A stretch of 64,000 nt of DNA from Octopus vulgaris (GCA_951406725.2 OX597818.1:108066001-108130000), one strand, 5' to 3'; positions 26,139 to 38,830 are shown, numbered from the stretch's first letter. Notes: a model not told the origin generated them from the sequence alone. A program made the numbers and translations.

Positions 26139-26314
26139 CTAATCAGCACCTATAGTGCTAGAAATAAGAGTCAAAACAACTCACAGCCACAATAATGCTC
26201 TGCCAAGGGAGGTGAGCTCCATAAGCACTGAGCATAGCCAGATCACTAGATGGGGCATTACTGTGGCTGTGGGTTGTTTTGGCTCTTATTTCTATCAATA
26301 CTGGTGTTGAATAG
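26139..26314. repeat. Fold-back inverted repeat between microsatellites
   Basis: Arms about 26139-26201 and 26252-26314 (TAGAAATAAGAGTCAAAACAACTCACAGCCACAATAATGC versus its diverged reverse complement). Confidence 0.8.
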
Positions 26315-26354
26315 CACCCTCAAACGCTTTAGTGACATATATATTTTTACATAT

Positions 26355-26415
<61 letters not shown>

Positions 26416-26619
26416 CAGATTGATAGATAAATATTTCTATACACACACACATACACAATATAAAATCCATTAAAAAGAAAGTGCTGGGGTCAATCCATTC
26501 AACTGAAACCCATTGAGGTATAGCCTCAGCATAGCCACAGTGCATTGACTGAAAGAAGTAAAGATAGATATGTATATATATAGTGAGGGTGGATAGAGAT
26601 ACATACATTACAGTGAACA

Positions 26620-27004
26620 TCCTGTAAATGCTCAAAGCAACATAGAAGTCATGGTCTTTGAAACAGAGGTGGTTTCTAGCAACAGCTACAGAGCCTTTCA
26701 CATATTGAAATATATTGGGACGGAGAAGGTCTCCTTTAAGGCCAGGCTGAATAATCACAGATTCTGTTTTAGAATCCAACAGGGGCACATTCTTATAATT
26801 ATGAAGAATACAATGGTATACAAAACAACTGGAAACTGCTTGAACATCAGGCACCACGTTTGAATAGAAAAGCGTTTCGAGCATTGCTTGGTGGAAAAGA
26901 GAATCATTGTAAGTAATTTTCCTGATCCAGGTGCTTTTCTGAGCTCAAAAACTGAAATATTTGAATGATGCGCTCATGTGCTGAGATTTGTTTTAGCAAA
27001 GTAG
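26620..27004 (+). mobile_element. Penelope GIY-YIG endonuclease relic
   Basis: MVFETEV..KYIGTEKVSFKARLNNHRFCF, then CLVEKRIIV..LSSKTEIFE*CAH..FVLAK*. Confidence 0.8.
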
Positions 27005-27491
27005 TCAGATCTACTTTTGGACTAGAGACTGACATACATATACACACAGACACTTGACATGACTTGACCTTGGGAAGTAAGCCTTGTTTCCCATTCAGAG
27101 AATACTTTAAAGTCTCACTATGATTTGTTCCAGACCTTTATTCCAATATTGAACCAGTCGGCTTCTACATATCTACCTCCAGCATAAAAGAGGTTAAGTG
27201 TTTCAGTTCAGTATATCCAAAGAGACGTCAGTATTGCTTAGTGCAACACTCATCATAAAACCGATGGTAACATTCTGAAAGATTATATGATATAATCAGT
27301 AATATACTACTTGACAATATATATATATATATAATTATAAATAAGGCCAAAAAAGAAAAACATTTCTTTGCTAGTATGCAAAGAAATCTTTTTCACCTTA
27401 AAAAAAATTATTTGTCATATGCTGACCACTGATAAAATTTTTTGATAAAATTTTACCCTTATATTAGAAGTATACATCTATATATATATAT

Positions 27492-28069
27492 ATAGAATGG
27501 TTGTATACTGTCAATCTAACATGAACGTGACAGTAGGGGGGTACACCACCGCTGTTTAGCCCTAGGAAGCATCGACGCCTCCTGATGGCTTTGACACATA
27601 TTTCCTGTGTCCTTATATACATTTACGAACGGGAGACAAATATCCCCAGCCGCCCGGGCTGCATCTAGGGACACGTGTTTCAGGATGATTGTCCTTCGTC
27701 GGCCTAGACTAGCAGACACCGGTCAGCTGTTGACATCTGCCTCGTAATGTATATATCTAAATTTCAGAGAAGTCTATTCACTGATTATCAAAATCAGAAA
27801 TACTAAATTTCTAAATCTCTTGTAGAGACATGTACGGTGGTGGGGCGATAGAATGGTTATATACTGTCAATCTAACACGAACGTGACAGTAGGGGGTACA
27901 CCACCACTGTTTAGCCCTAGGAAGCATCGACGCCTCCTGATGGCTTCCTAGGGCTAAACAGCGGTGGTGTACCCCCTACTGTCACGTTCGTGTTAGATTG
28001 ACAGTATACAACCATTCTATTGCCCCACCACCGTACATGTCTCTACAAGAGATTTAGAAATTTAGTATT

Positions 28070-28075
<6 letters not shown>
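27492..28075 (-). mobile_element. HHR-containing non-autonomous element: ~355-bp partial tandem plus 133-bp inverted arm, in (TA)n
   Basis: 27492-27591 is repeated at 27848-27946. 27793-27925 is inverted at 27943-28075 with a 17-nt loop. HHR at 27664-27708; (TA)n on both sides; no credible ORF. Confidence 0.88.
27664..27708 (-). ncRNA. Minimal type-I hammerhead ribozyme (CCGA core variant, GUC site)
   Basis: TCTAGG-CCGACGA-AGGA-CAATCA-TCCT-GAAAC-ACGT-GTC-CCTAGA. Stem I is 6 bp, stem II is 4 bp, and helix III has the palindromic loop ACGT. Confidence 0.85.
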
Positions 28076-28108
<33 letters not shown>

Positions 28109-28189
28109 TATACATATATTATATGTATGTATGTATGTGTGTATGTATGTATGTATGTATGTATGTATGATTATACATACAGGGTGTGT

Positions 28190-28710
28190 AAGATATTTGG
28201 GGACAGATTTATGTTTATAAAAAAAAAACAGACATATAATAACAGATAATAACTTTTTTATCAAAAAATGCTATGAGGATAAAAATAATCCTTCTTTTCT
28301 ATAATGTTATTCAATAAAGCCACCTTCAGCTTCAACAACTGCTTCTATATGAGATCTAAATCATCTACATCCTTGAATCAAGTTGTCCTGGTTCATTTTG
28401 GACATTACTCTGACTATGGCAGCTTTCAAGGAATATTTGGTGTTATGGCCATGTTCATTGACCTCTCTCTCAACAACGCTCCACATGTAATAGTCCATCA
28501 AGTGCCAAAAATGAACTTTCTTATCCTCCATTTTAAAGGGTTACAGAACACAGGTTATAGGAACATAAATCTTCTTCCACGAAAAGATAGATTGAACTGT
28601 GCTCTAAATGGAGATGTAGTCAAATCCTATTTTATGGACTAAGCGATGTTCTAAAATAAGTCGAAATGTAAGCTACTACAAATTGGCACAAACTTTCTGG
28701 ACAGCCCAAT
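28190..28710 (-). mobile_element. Tc1/mariner relic (transposase C-terminus and termini)
   Basis: Minus strand gives DYYMWSVVEREVNEHGHNTKYSLKAAIVRVMSKMNQDNLIQGCR*FRSHIEAVVEAEGGFIE*. Ends TACAGGGTG and GGACAGCCCAATA resemble mariner termini; may be two fused elements. Confidence 0.8.
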
Positions 28711-28946
28711 AGTTTAGTTTATTAAGACATGTGTGTACACATGGATACACACACACATGCACTTTCTCCCTCTCAAACACATATGCATAGAAATATATAT
28801 ATATGTATATTTCGACATGTGGTGTAATGATATAAGTGAAAATATTTTATGTGGTTAGATGATTTAGCATCTATTTTTCAGCATATTGGTAAAGAAAATA
28901 TTTTCCTTTTGCCCTTATTTATAATTGTATATATGTGTGTGTGTGC

Positions 28947-28987
<41 letters not shown>

Positions 28988-29026
28988 TGTGTATATATAT
29001 ATATATATACATACACATATATATAT

Positions 29027-29590
29027 ATGCTGTGCTTGAGAAGACTTGGCAAGCTCAAGTGAGACCATTACCTTGTGGCCTATGCCAGTGGTGTAACCAG
29101 CCCACTTATGCATAACCTTTCCTTCATTGGACACTAAACTCTGCTTGCGAAGACCTGCTGAGGCAAGTGAAATCGAAATTGAAATCAAATTCGATGACTG
29201 GCATCCATGCTAGTTGAGTGCTAAGAGTACCATACGAGCATGATCATTGCCAGAGCAACAAGCTGGCCGCCATGCCAATGGCATGTAAAAAGCACCATTC
29301 AAGCGTGATTGTTACCTGCATTGCCTTACTGGCACTTGTGCTGGTGGCATGTGAAAAAACATTCGAGCGAGGTCGATGCCAGTGCTGCTGGACTGGCTCC
29401 TGTGCAGGTGGCACATAAAAGCACCCACTACACTCTCAGAGTGGTTGGCGTTAGGAAGGACATCCAGCTGTAGAAACTCTGCCAGATCAAATTGGAGTCT
29501 GGTGCAGCCATCTGGTTTGCCAGACCTGTCAAATCGTCAAACTCATGCTAGCATGGAAAGCGGACGTTAAACAATGATGATGATGATGAT
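29027..29590 (+). mobile_element. RTE LINE 3' end
   Basis: Colinear with 49315-49957 and ends in (GAT)n. Confidence 0.88.
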
Positions 29591-29612
29591 ATATATATAT
29601 ATATATATATAA

Positions 29613-29920
29613 ATATAAAAATAAATATAAGAGAATGGTCACTATGCGGCTCATTCTAGCACTAGAAAATCCAAAAGGTTTCAACCACAAAAATACATGT
29701 TTCCCGTGAAAGTCAGTACGATTGTTAGCTCACATGAACAGGGCAAATAAAAAATAACAAAAATACAGATTATTTGGGGACAATTGTTTCGCTATTAATG
29801 TTTCACGGGAAACATGTATTTTTGTGGTTGAAACATGTATTTTTGTGGTTGAAACCTTTTGGATTTTCTAGTGCTAGAATGAGCCACATAGTGACCATTC
29901 TCTTATATTTATTTTTGTAT
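29613..29920. repeat. Fold-back inverted repeat with an HHR 3' half in the loop
   Basis: Arms 29613-29711 and 29801-29920; the right arm has an internal ~21-bp tandem duplication. The loop minus strand has CGAAAC-AATT-GTC at 29779-29791. Confidence 0.88.
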
Positions 29921-30029
29921 AAAATATTATAATATATAATAAAATATTATAATAATCCAGGTTTCTCGTAGCACTGGGCCACTTGGTGTTGAATAGATAT
30001 AGTATCTAATTCTCTCACCCTTATTAATT

Positions 30030-30082
<53 letters not shown>

Positions 30083-30127
30083 GAAAAGATTCAGGGTCAA
30101 CAAGGAGTATTGTTGGACATCTATTTT

Positions 30128-30238
30128 ATAATCACTACAATTGTTTCCATGCAAAGTAGTTCTCCAGGCATGCAGGTACTTGATTATGTAACAGTTTTCC
30201 TGCATTATGAGATCTAGTTGTGTTTCCTCAGGTGTTAT
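30128..30238 (-). ncRNA. Hammerhead motif with a long stem II insertion
   Basis: ATAACAC-CTGAGGA-[77 nt including the ATGCAGG/CCTGCAT helix]-GAAAC-AATT-GTA-GTG(A)TTAT; the base of stem II is eroded. Confidence 0.6.
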
Positions 30239-30249
30239 GTAAATACTGT

Positions 30250-30520
30250 CTCTGTAAGTTTAAAATCCTCGGCTTCAAGAACATCCTATCTGTCTGTTGT
30301 GGCCTGAATTTAGTAGTAGGCTCTGAGTTTATTAGAGTGTGTTGTTGCTGAAGGGTCGTTCACAAACTACTTTGAATGTGTAGATGTAGTGGGATGGTGA
30401 TTCTGCTACTGTTAAAGTGGTGGCCATTCTAAAGGGATTGGCATTTGATCTCTTTGTATTGCTGATTTGTTCTTCATGGTTGGTTACACATGTGATTGCC
30501 CTTAGCTGACCTTTAAGAAT
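30250..30520 (-). mobile_element. Penelope GIY-YIG C-terminal relic, upstream of the HHR on the same strand
   Basis: TNHEEQISNTK..PFRMA followed, after a frameshift, by HFNS; resembles RxxxHxxxI..MAxHFN of Penelope endonucleases. Confidence 0.55.
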
Positions 30521-31032
30521 CGGCCCATACACATAGATGATCGTTCACATATACATCCATATACATGCTAACACTCAGACACACACACACGCACATGCAC
30601 ACACACACACACATACATATATATATTTTTATGTATATACGTATACATGTATAAATATATATATATATATATGCATATATATATATATATATATATAAAT
30701 ATATATATGCATATATATATGCATACGTCAATGTACATATTTACATCTATACATATATACATATGCATATGTGGCACAGGATGTCAAGAAACATGTACAA
30801 AAAACAAAAAAAATACAAAGTACATAGAATATGAACTATTTTTTCGAACAATGAAAAGCACAAATGGAAAACAAAACAAACAACACAAAGAACGACCCTT
30901 CATCAATTGTTGGCCGTTTTTCTACTCTCATGTTTCGAGCATAAAATGAAGTAACATTTCATTAATAAATAATCATTAACTTTCTACTCTCCATTTTCTT
31001 TTCTTCTATGAAATGAATTCAGATTATGTAGT

Positions 31033-31096
<64 letters not shown>

Positions 31097-31111
31097 TGTG
31101 TGTGGATGTAT

Positions 31112-31142
<31 letters not shown>

Positions 31143-31449
31143 GAGAGAGAGAAATAGTTAGTAAAAGGCATGAAAGCATAAATTTTACATATGATTCATA
31201 ATTTAATTAGTTTTGACAGCTTTTTCAATAGAGTAAAAACATTATTTCTATAATTATATAATTAACATACATAATTAATTCACTTAAAAGTGATGGATTA
31301 CCCATTTCCTAGGGAGAGGAGAAGCTATTTTCAATCTCTTTTAAAGTCTCTACTCTCTCTCCAAACATCTAACAAAATGGACATGTTGTACACCCATGAA
31401 ACTTTAAGTAATGTGGAACTGTTAATATATGTATGTATGTATATGAAAG

Positions 31450-31585
31450 TAGGTGACCTAGAGGTTAGGGTATCACACAGTTGCCAGATCATGAGTTCAA
31501 TTTGCAGACCAGGCTATGCATGGTGTTCTTGAGCAAAACACCTCGTTTCATGTTGCTCCAGTCCACTCAGCTGTAAACGAATCAG
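31450..31585 (+). mobile_element. SINE family C head (diverged)
   Basis: GACCTAGAGGTTAGG..GAGTTCAATT..GTGTTCTTGAGCAAAACAC. Confidence 0.6.
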
Positions 31586-31969
31586 TCAAAGAGTTAAGGA
31601 AAAAATTCTAAATTTGAAACCAAACTCAAGGATTGAAAGTCTTTAAAGTAAACCAAGGAAAGACAAAAACTCCAAGTAGCAAGGTAGAATCTACAGCAAA
31701 TATGGGAATGGCAGAGCAAAAGAAGAAACAGTTAAGAATTCCTTGGCCAGAATAATCAGGGAAGTGTTAGATAGCCGAAATGAATGAATAACATGAATAA
31801 ATGTAGGCTGCAGGTAGTAAACCCACTATGCATGCAAGACTGCAGGAGTTCCAACAAAATCTGTGATAAAGAGAAATAACATATATATACATATATATAA
31901 CAGTTGGATTCAAACTCTTAGGTACTTTGAGTTTTAAGTGTGTCACTAGTCTTTGGTCATTGGAGTTTG

Positions 31970-32150
31970 AATGAGAGTTCGATTGAAGAGACTATTGTTG
32001 ACTGGGCACTACCATATTCAACCAGTGGCCTTAATTGCCAGCTCTGCCTCCATGAAAAACTGCTTATCCTCTATCATCCTGCAGCAACCATCAACAAGAA
32101 ATATGAGATATCATATTGCCGTCACCAGAGGTACGATTTTCTGGTAAATG
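31970..32150 (+). mobile_element. Penelope endonuclease extreme C-terminus relic
   Basis: IVDWALPYSTSGLNCQLCLHEKLLILYHPAATINKKYEISYCRH matches the CxLCLxEK..NKxxE..CRH motif. Confidence 0.8.
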
Positions 32151-33343
32151 GCATGTGTGTGTGTATGTATGGATGCATACACACAGATATATGTATATAC
32201 TCCCACATCTGATAAAAATTGCAGCTACGATTCATTCTGAAAGTAGAACACATCAGAGCATCAGAGAAAAGCTTTTCCCGAATCCTCCAGCCATTTTCAC
32301 CTCAAAACAAACAAAGCCACATTTTCACTGGAATTTCTTCAATAAGTCTTTTACATAATCTTCAATTTTGGCCTTGAATTGTTACGTGTTTTGTGGTCAC
32401 ACTTAACGAAGCATTCAAGTCAATTTCTCTTACATATAAATGGTTAATCTGTGTGGAAAGATGATCAGTGTACGCAATCTAAATACCATGTGCTATTTAG
32501 TGCCATCTCAGCCTCCCACCCCTTGTACCTAGATTAGCTACATGTTTCTTCATCAATTTGAAGAAAGAATGAGGAACTAACGAAACAACTGGAATCGGTC
32601 TAAGAGTGTCCGAAACCAATACAAGAATAACAGACTAAAAAGAATCAAATTTGTACTGATACAGGAAAACACAATACAAACTCACTCATAGACTTACTTC
32701 TATAAAAACACCACTGCACACACACACACACACAAGTACCAGTGCTAGTGCCATGTGAAAGGTACGAGTGCTGGTATCACGTATAAAGCAGCCATGTTGG
32801 AACCATGAAAAACCTTTGGTGCTGGTGCCATGTAAAAACACTGGTGCCAGTTCCCTGTAAAAAGTACCCAATGCCATCTCTAAAGCTAAAATTAGGAAGG
32901 GCATCCAACCGTAGAAACTTTACCAAGACAGACTATAGAACACAGTATGACTCCTGGACCTGCCAGATCCTGTCAAACCATCCAATCACACTAGTTTAAG
33001 TATGATGATGATGATGAGGAGGAGGAGGAGGATCTGATATATAAGACATAGTTTAATCACTTTTAAGTATTTGAGTATTTAAGGACAAAAGGCACAACCA
33101 AATACAGCCAGTCCTCACTGTAAAGTGGTTGGTGACAGGGATGGCATCCGACTGTAACGAACACAGCACATACAAAGGAAAGAACAAGTGGATTGTAAAC
33201 AGACAACCTGTTTGGCAAGAGTGGTCACTCCAAATATGAACATAATTGTTATGGAAAAGCTCTCAAGAGCTCTAGTGCCAGCGGCTTGATATAAATGGAT
33301 CAAGGCTGAAGCTCTAACGTGATTGGTGATGCTAAAACCAGAT

Positions 33344-33386
<43 letters not shown>

Positions 33387-33581
33387 GTTACAGAGAGATT
33401 GACAATTTTGTTCTGCTGGTGCCAGATGACAAAGGGCCATAGCAGGATGGGAGACTGTCAGCACAGTCTATCCATGCAAAGAGACCACAATCATCACCAT
33501 GATCAAGATTGTGGTGATGACAATGACAATAGCAGCACATATATATGCACACACATTTAGGCACATTGTATATAGGTGTAT

Positions 33582-33612
<31 letters not shown>

Positions 33613-33679
33613 CCATTAATATGATTATCATCATCATCAATATATTCAATATATATATATATATATATATATTTATTTA

Positions 33680-33839
33680 TGGTTGGCGTTAGGAAGGGCA
33701 TCCAGCTGTAGAAACAATGCCAGATCAGACTGGAGCCTGGTGCAGCCTCCTGGTTTCCCAGACCCTGGTCAAACTGTCCAACCCATGCTAGTATGGAAAA
33801 CGGACGTTATGCGATGATGATGATGATGATGATGATGAT
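33680..33839 (+). mobile_element. RTE 3' tail fragment
   Basis: GGTTGGCGTTAGGAAGGGCATCCAGCTGTAGAAAC through to (GAT)n. Confidence 0.85.
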
Positions 33840-34489
33840 ATATATAGAGAGAGAAAAAGAGAAGGAAATGGACAGATTGACAGGTAAGTAGGTAGATAGA
33901 TAGATAGATAGATAGATAAAGAGAGGGATGTATACAATCTGTCACCCACATACATGCACATCTACATACACACACACACATATGCATGTTTGTGTGTCTG
34001 TAAATATATACATCTTCATATACATTCCTATACACACATGAATAAGCATTCTCTCTCGCATTCATGCGTGCATGTGTGATGGTCTATATAAGCGTATGGG
34101 TGTGAGTGTATATTAGTTTTCCTCTTATTCGGATGTACTTCTGTGAGCTTGCATGCATCTATATTGATGTGCAAGTGTGTGCCTACTTAACCAAACAAGC
34201 AAGCACTGTGATAGAGTCCCTAACCTGTACCTTCTTCCTGTTCTTCGTACTTAACCACTCACCTACCACTTCCTCCATGTTGCCAGATAATCTTCTGATA
34301 GCGAAGGAAATCAGGAAACATAAACAGAGTGAAATGTATTTGAGAAAAGATGGTAAATTAAGTTAAAACATCATGACATCATCATGTAAGGCATCCATTA
34401 ATAGCCGAGACTCTTATACATGCGTACATAACGTGTGTGTGTATGTGAGTACATAGATACACACACACATATATATCTATCTATCTATC

Positions 34490-34527
<38 letters not shown>

Positions 34528-34556
34528 CACATATAAATATATATTCATACGTATAT

Positions 34557-34618
<62 letters not shown>

Positions 34619-34670
34619 TATATATATTCATATATAAAAATATATGTATATATAAATGTATATATGTGCG

Positions 34671-34705
<35 letters not shown>

Positions 34706-35254
34706 ATAATATATCTGTGTGTGTACGTATATGTATGTATGTGTATATATGTGTGTGTGCATGTGCATGTATGTATACTGTGAACTTTATATATGTGAAT
34801 TGGTGTGCTTGTTATTATTTGGTTTTTAGTACATGTATTCTTTTTTCATCCTATCATGATTTTATCTCTACATTAACGAGTTGATTGGTTTGTAAGTATT
34901 CTTTATTATTTTATTTTGGTATTTTTGATTATTTTTGATTATTTTTCACAATTTCATTTATGTATTTGTCTGCTTTTATCAAATTTTGGTGCAGTTAAAG
35001 GAGGAGGGTGTGGCACTTAAGCAATTATTAAATTGCAACAAGCAGTCAGATTGTCAGGGGAAATTATAAGAACATTTCAACTATGTTCCTCACTGTTGCA
35101 ACTATATCCCTCTGTTAAATCAGTAATCACAGGGGCTGGTTGTGGATTATTCTGTGTGGGGTAACATATGAGATGGTTTACTAAACTTAGTAATAATATG
35201 TTTTGCACATTCAGGTAACCAATTCTGAGAACTGGTTTCGTCGTCTTACCAACA

Positions 35255-35542
35255 TGTGAAAAACAACATTAAAGCATGGTCATTACCAGTGCTGCTGGAT
35301 TGGCTCCCATGCAGGTAACACGTAAAAACACCTCTGAGTGTGGTTATTGCCAGAACTGACTGATTGGCCCTCATGCTGGTGGCACATAAAAGCACACACT
35401 ACACTCTTGGAGTGGTTGACATTGGGAAGGGTATCCAGCTGTAGAAACTTTGCTAGATCAGATTGAGCCTGGTGCAGCCTTCTGGCTTACCAGTCCTCAG
35501 TCAAACCGTCCAACCCATGCCAGCATGGAAAGCAGATGTCAA

Positions 35543-35572
<30 letters not shown>
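35255..35572 (+). mobile_element. RTE 3' tail fragment
   Basis: Same UTR sequence and (GAT)n tail. Confidence 0.85.
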
Positions 35573-35575
<3 letters not shown>

Positions 35576-36067
35576 CGAAAGCATGATTCGAAACAGCATT
35601 TACTCACCTGTACAGCAGTATGTGTTGTTAGAAGTGCCAGCAAGAAGCAAAAGTCTAAGACAAATAATTGAACTGTGGCATATTTTGGATTTGATTGACT
35701 GTAAGTTTGAGAGATTCCTAACAACACATGGATCAGTGCAGTTTGACAGGAACCAACATAGAGTCTCAACTCAAACATGTCAAATGGAACTTGGGACTTA
35801 TTTCACTATTATTGCACTGAACTAGTGTAATCTAGAAGGTTATACAATCACCTGTAATTAATGAAAGTTGGCTTCCTTATTATAACAGAAGCCAAGGTAG
35901 ATTGTTGGCACTGGCTAGCTTTTAGTTTTGACTTGTTTCAGCCATTAGACTGTGGCCATTCTGGGGCACCACCTTGAAGAATTTTTTAGTCAAATGAATT
36001 GACCCCAGCAGTTTTCCAACAAGCACAGACTCAAAGACACACACACATAGATATATCACATAGATAT

Positions 36068-36108
<41 letters not shown>

Positions 36109-36239
36109 TCAAAATAAGCAACAAGGATATCCAAAGTAGAGTAGTACAATTGTTTCATGCTACTTCATTTTATTAAACACTGAAGTAGCATGAAACAATT
36201 GTACTACTCTACCTTGGATATCCTTGTTGCTTATTTTGA
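36109..36239. repeat. Near-perfect 59-bp hairpin carrying an HHR 3' half
   Basis: Arms 36109-36167 and 36181-36239 with one mismatch and a 13-nt loop. Contains catGAAAC-AATT-GTA; the tail matches 47153-47184. Confidence 0.92.
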
Positions 36240-36264
36240 TTATAATCACCCATTTGATTTATTT

Positions 36265-36663
36265 ACTCTTTTACTCTTTTACTCTTTTACTTGTTTCAGT
36301 CATTTGACTGCGGCCATGCTGGAGCACCGCCTTTAGTCGAGCAAATCGACCCCGGGACTTATTCTTTGTAAGCCCAGTACTTACTCTATCGGTCTCTTTT
36401 GCCGAACCGCTAAGTGACGGGGACGTAAACACACCAGCATCGGTTGTCAATCAATGCTAGGTGGACAAACACAGACACACAAACATATACACCCACACTT
36501 ATATATATATACATATATACGACGGGCTTCTTTCAGTTTCCATCTACCAAATCCATTCACAAGGCATTGGTCGGCCCGAGGCTATAGCAGAAGACACTTG
36601 CCCAAGATGCCACGCAGTGGGACTGAACCCAGAACCATGTGGTTGGTAAGCAAGCTACTTACC
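36265..36663 (-). mobile_element. SINE family A (young copy)
   Basis: Close reverse match to 4640-5020. Confidence 0.9.
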
Positions 36664-36789
36664 GGATAATACCATACAAAATTCTGGTGCCTTTGACTTA
36701 AGTACCATATTCATCTGAATCTAAATTTTGCTGAACTTATATATATATATATATATATATCATATATATATATAGATGTACACACATGC

Positions 36790-36952
36790 ATATGACAGGC
36801 TTCTTTCAGTTTCTGTCTACCAAATCCACTCACAGGGCTTTAGTCGACTTGAAACAATAATAGAAGACACTTGCCCCAGATGCTATACAGTGGGATTGAA
36901 CCTGGAACCATGTGGTTGGGAAGCAAACTTCCTAACCACACATCCACACCTG
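36790..36952 (-). mobile_element. SINE family A head
   Basis: Reverse match to 4620-4785. Confidence 0.8.
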
Positions 36953-37410
36953 TATATAAAGTTATTTCATAAACAAGTGACAGCAAGGGTGATTGATGCT
37001 AAATTGCTGTGAATATTGTAGGCTTGAAACTGTAACTTTACCCTTTGGTTGATTATTGTAATATAAAGCAGAAGTAAAGAGGAGATAAGTGTACCATGGT
37101 TTTGCAATACACAGTAAGTCGGTGTTGAGAAATATTTGCCAAGCATCTGTGATATTGGATTAGCAACTCACGTGTTGTAAGTTCATAGCAATTTATTCTA
37201 TCCATGAGCAATATACTTAATTCTACCATTCTGGCTCTGATTACTGAGCTAGAAGATAACTGACCAACATACATCTCAGGGGAAAGATTTTTATATGATT
37301 AATTTGACTCTAAAACTATTTGGTTCTGTCTTGTGTACTAAAAAGCTATTCAGGCAAATAATATTGGTCTCTCTCATACATTTTATTAATTAATAATTCC
37401 ATCCGAAGTT

Positions 37411-37620
37411 GGTGCTGAGCTGGCAGACTCATTAGCATGCCAGGCAAAAAGCTTAGCAACATTCTGTTCATCTTCGTGTTCTAAGTTCAAATTCCGCTGA
37501 GGTCAACTTTGCCTTTCATCTATTTGGGGTCGATAAAAGAAGTACCAGTTGAACACTGGGGTCGATGTAACTGACTTTCCCCGTCCCCCGATATTGCTGG
37601 CCTCCTACCAAAATTTGAAA
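37411..37620 (+). mobile_element. SINE family B (Deu/Nin-like domain)
   Basis: GAGCTGGCAGA A-box and GTTCAAATTCC B-box, then GCCTTTCATCTATTTGGGGTCGATAAAAGAAGTACCAG. Confidence 0.85.
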
Positions 37621-38334
37621 TGAGTAATTCCATACAAACGAAATGTACAAGAGAGAAAAACTCTTTTATTATCAGATCAACTTCCTGTGACTGTGTGTTT
37701 GTGATTATGTATGTGTATGTGTTTTTGTGCATGATTGTGTGCTGTATGCATGTGTGTGTGTGTGTGTTGCATGTGAAGCTTTTCAGAATTTGCAAGACTT
37801 TATTTCCTGACTGAAATGTCATTTCTAGGAGACATGTGTACACAATGTCTCAGCAACCATAAGCATTGGGTATTCATTGAAAAATTAATCAATAATTTGC
37901 CAAACATCACTTTTCATTTGTCAGAAGGTTGCAATGATACAGATGTAGATCTGAACTTGTCAACCATTTCTAATAAGTGTTGATCAACTTGAGATAAACA
38001 GGTGGAGATTGGAAAGAGAAAAATTGCATTGCCAGTTTCTAAAAAAAAACACAAGATAGCTGGAGAATGAGAATGAGTCATCTCTTGGATAAGGCAATGA
38101 TGCAGAAATAAATACCCGAATGGGGTTTAATAAAATAAGGTTTTCCCCACTTCTAAGTGAAGTTGAAGAACCAACACGGTTTGATGCTACAAGAGACATT
38201 TCAATGCAAAATAGTTTTAAACGAGTTCCACCTTCAACTCGAGTTGCAGCTACTTTTGTAAATGGATCAGATTCCAAACTTGACTGTCTCTGTTGTTTCA
38301 ATGAGACAAAAATTTTAAGCACTTTGCTGAACAA

Positions 38335-38830
38335 CATCATCATCATCATCGTTTAACGTCCGCTTTCCATGCTAGCATGGGTTGGACGATTTTGACTGAG
38401 GGCTGGCGAACCAGATGGCTGCACCAGGCTCCAATCTTGATCTGGCAGAGTTTCTACAGCTGGATGCCCTTCCTAATGCCAACCACTCTGAGAGTGTAGT
38501 GGATGCTTTTTACATGCCACCGGCCTGGGGGCCAGTCAAGTGGTACTGGCAATGACCTCGCTCAAATCTTTTTACACATGCCACCAGCACAGGTGTCAGT
38601 AAGGCAATGTTGGTAACGATCACGCTCGAATGGTGCCCTTTTATGTTCCACGGCACAGGGGCCAGTCAGGCAGTACTAGCAATGACCTCGCTCGAATCTT
38701 TTTACACATGCCACGGGCACAGGTGCCAGTAAGGCGACGTTGGTAATGATCACACTCGAATGGTGCCCTTTTACGTGCCACCAGCACCGGCACGGAAGCC
38801 AGTTAGCTGCTCTGGCAACGATCACACTCA
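38335..38830 (-). mobile_element. RTE 3' UTR fragment with internal duplication
   Basis: (CAT)n tail; a block of about 130 bp (GGGGCCAGTCA..GAATGGTGCCCTTTTA) is present twice. Confidence 0.88.
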
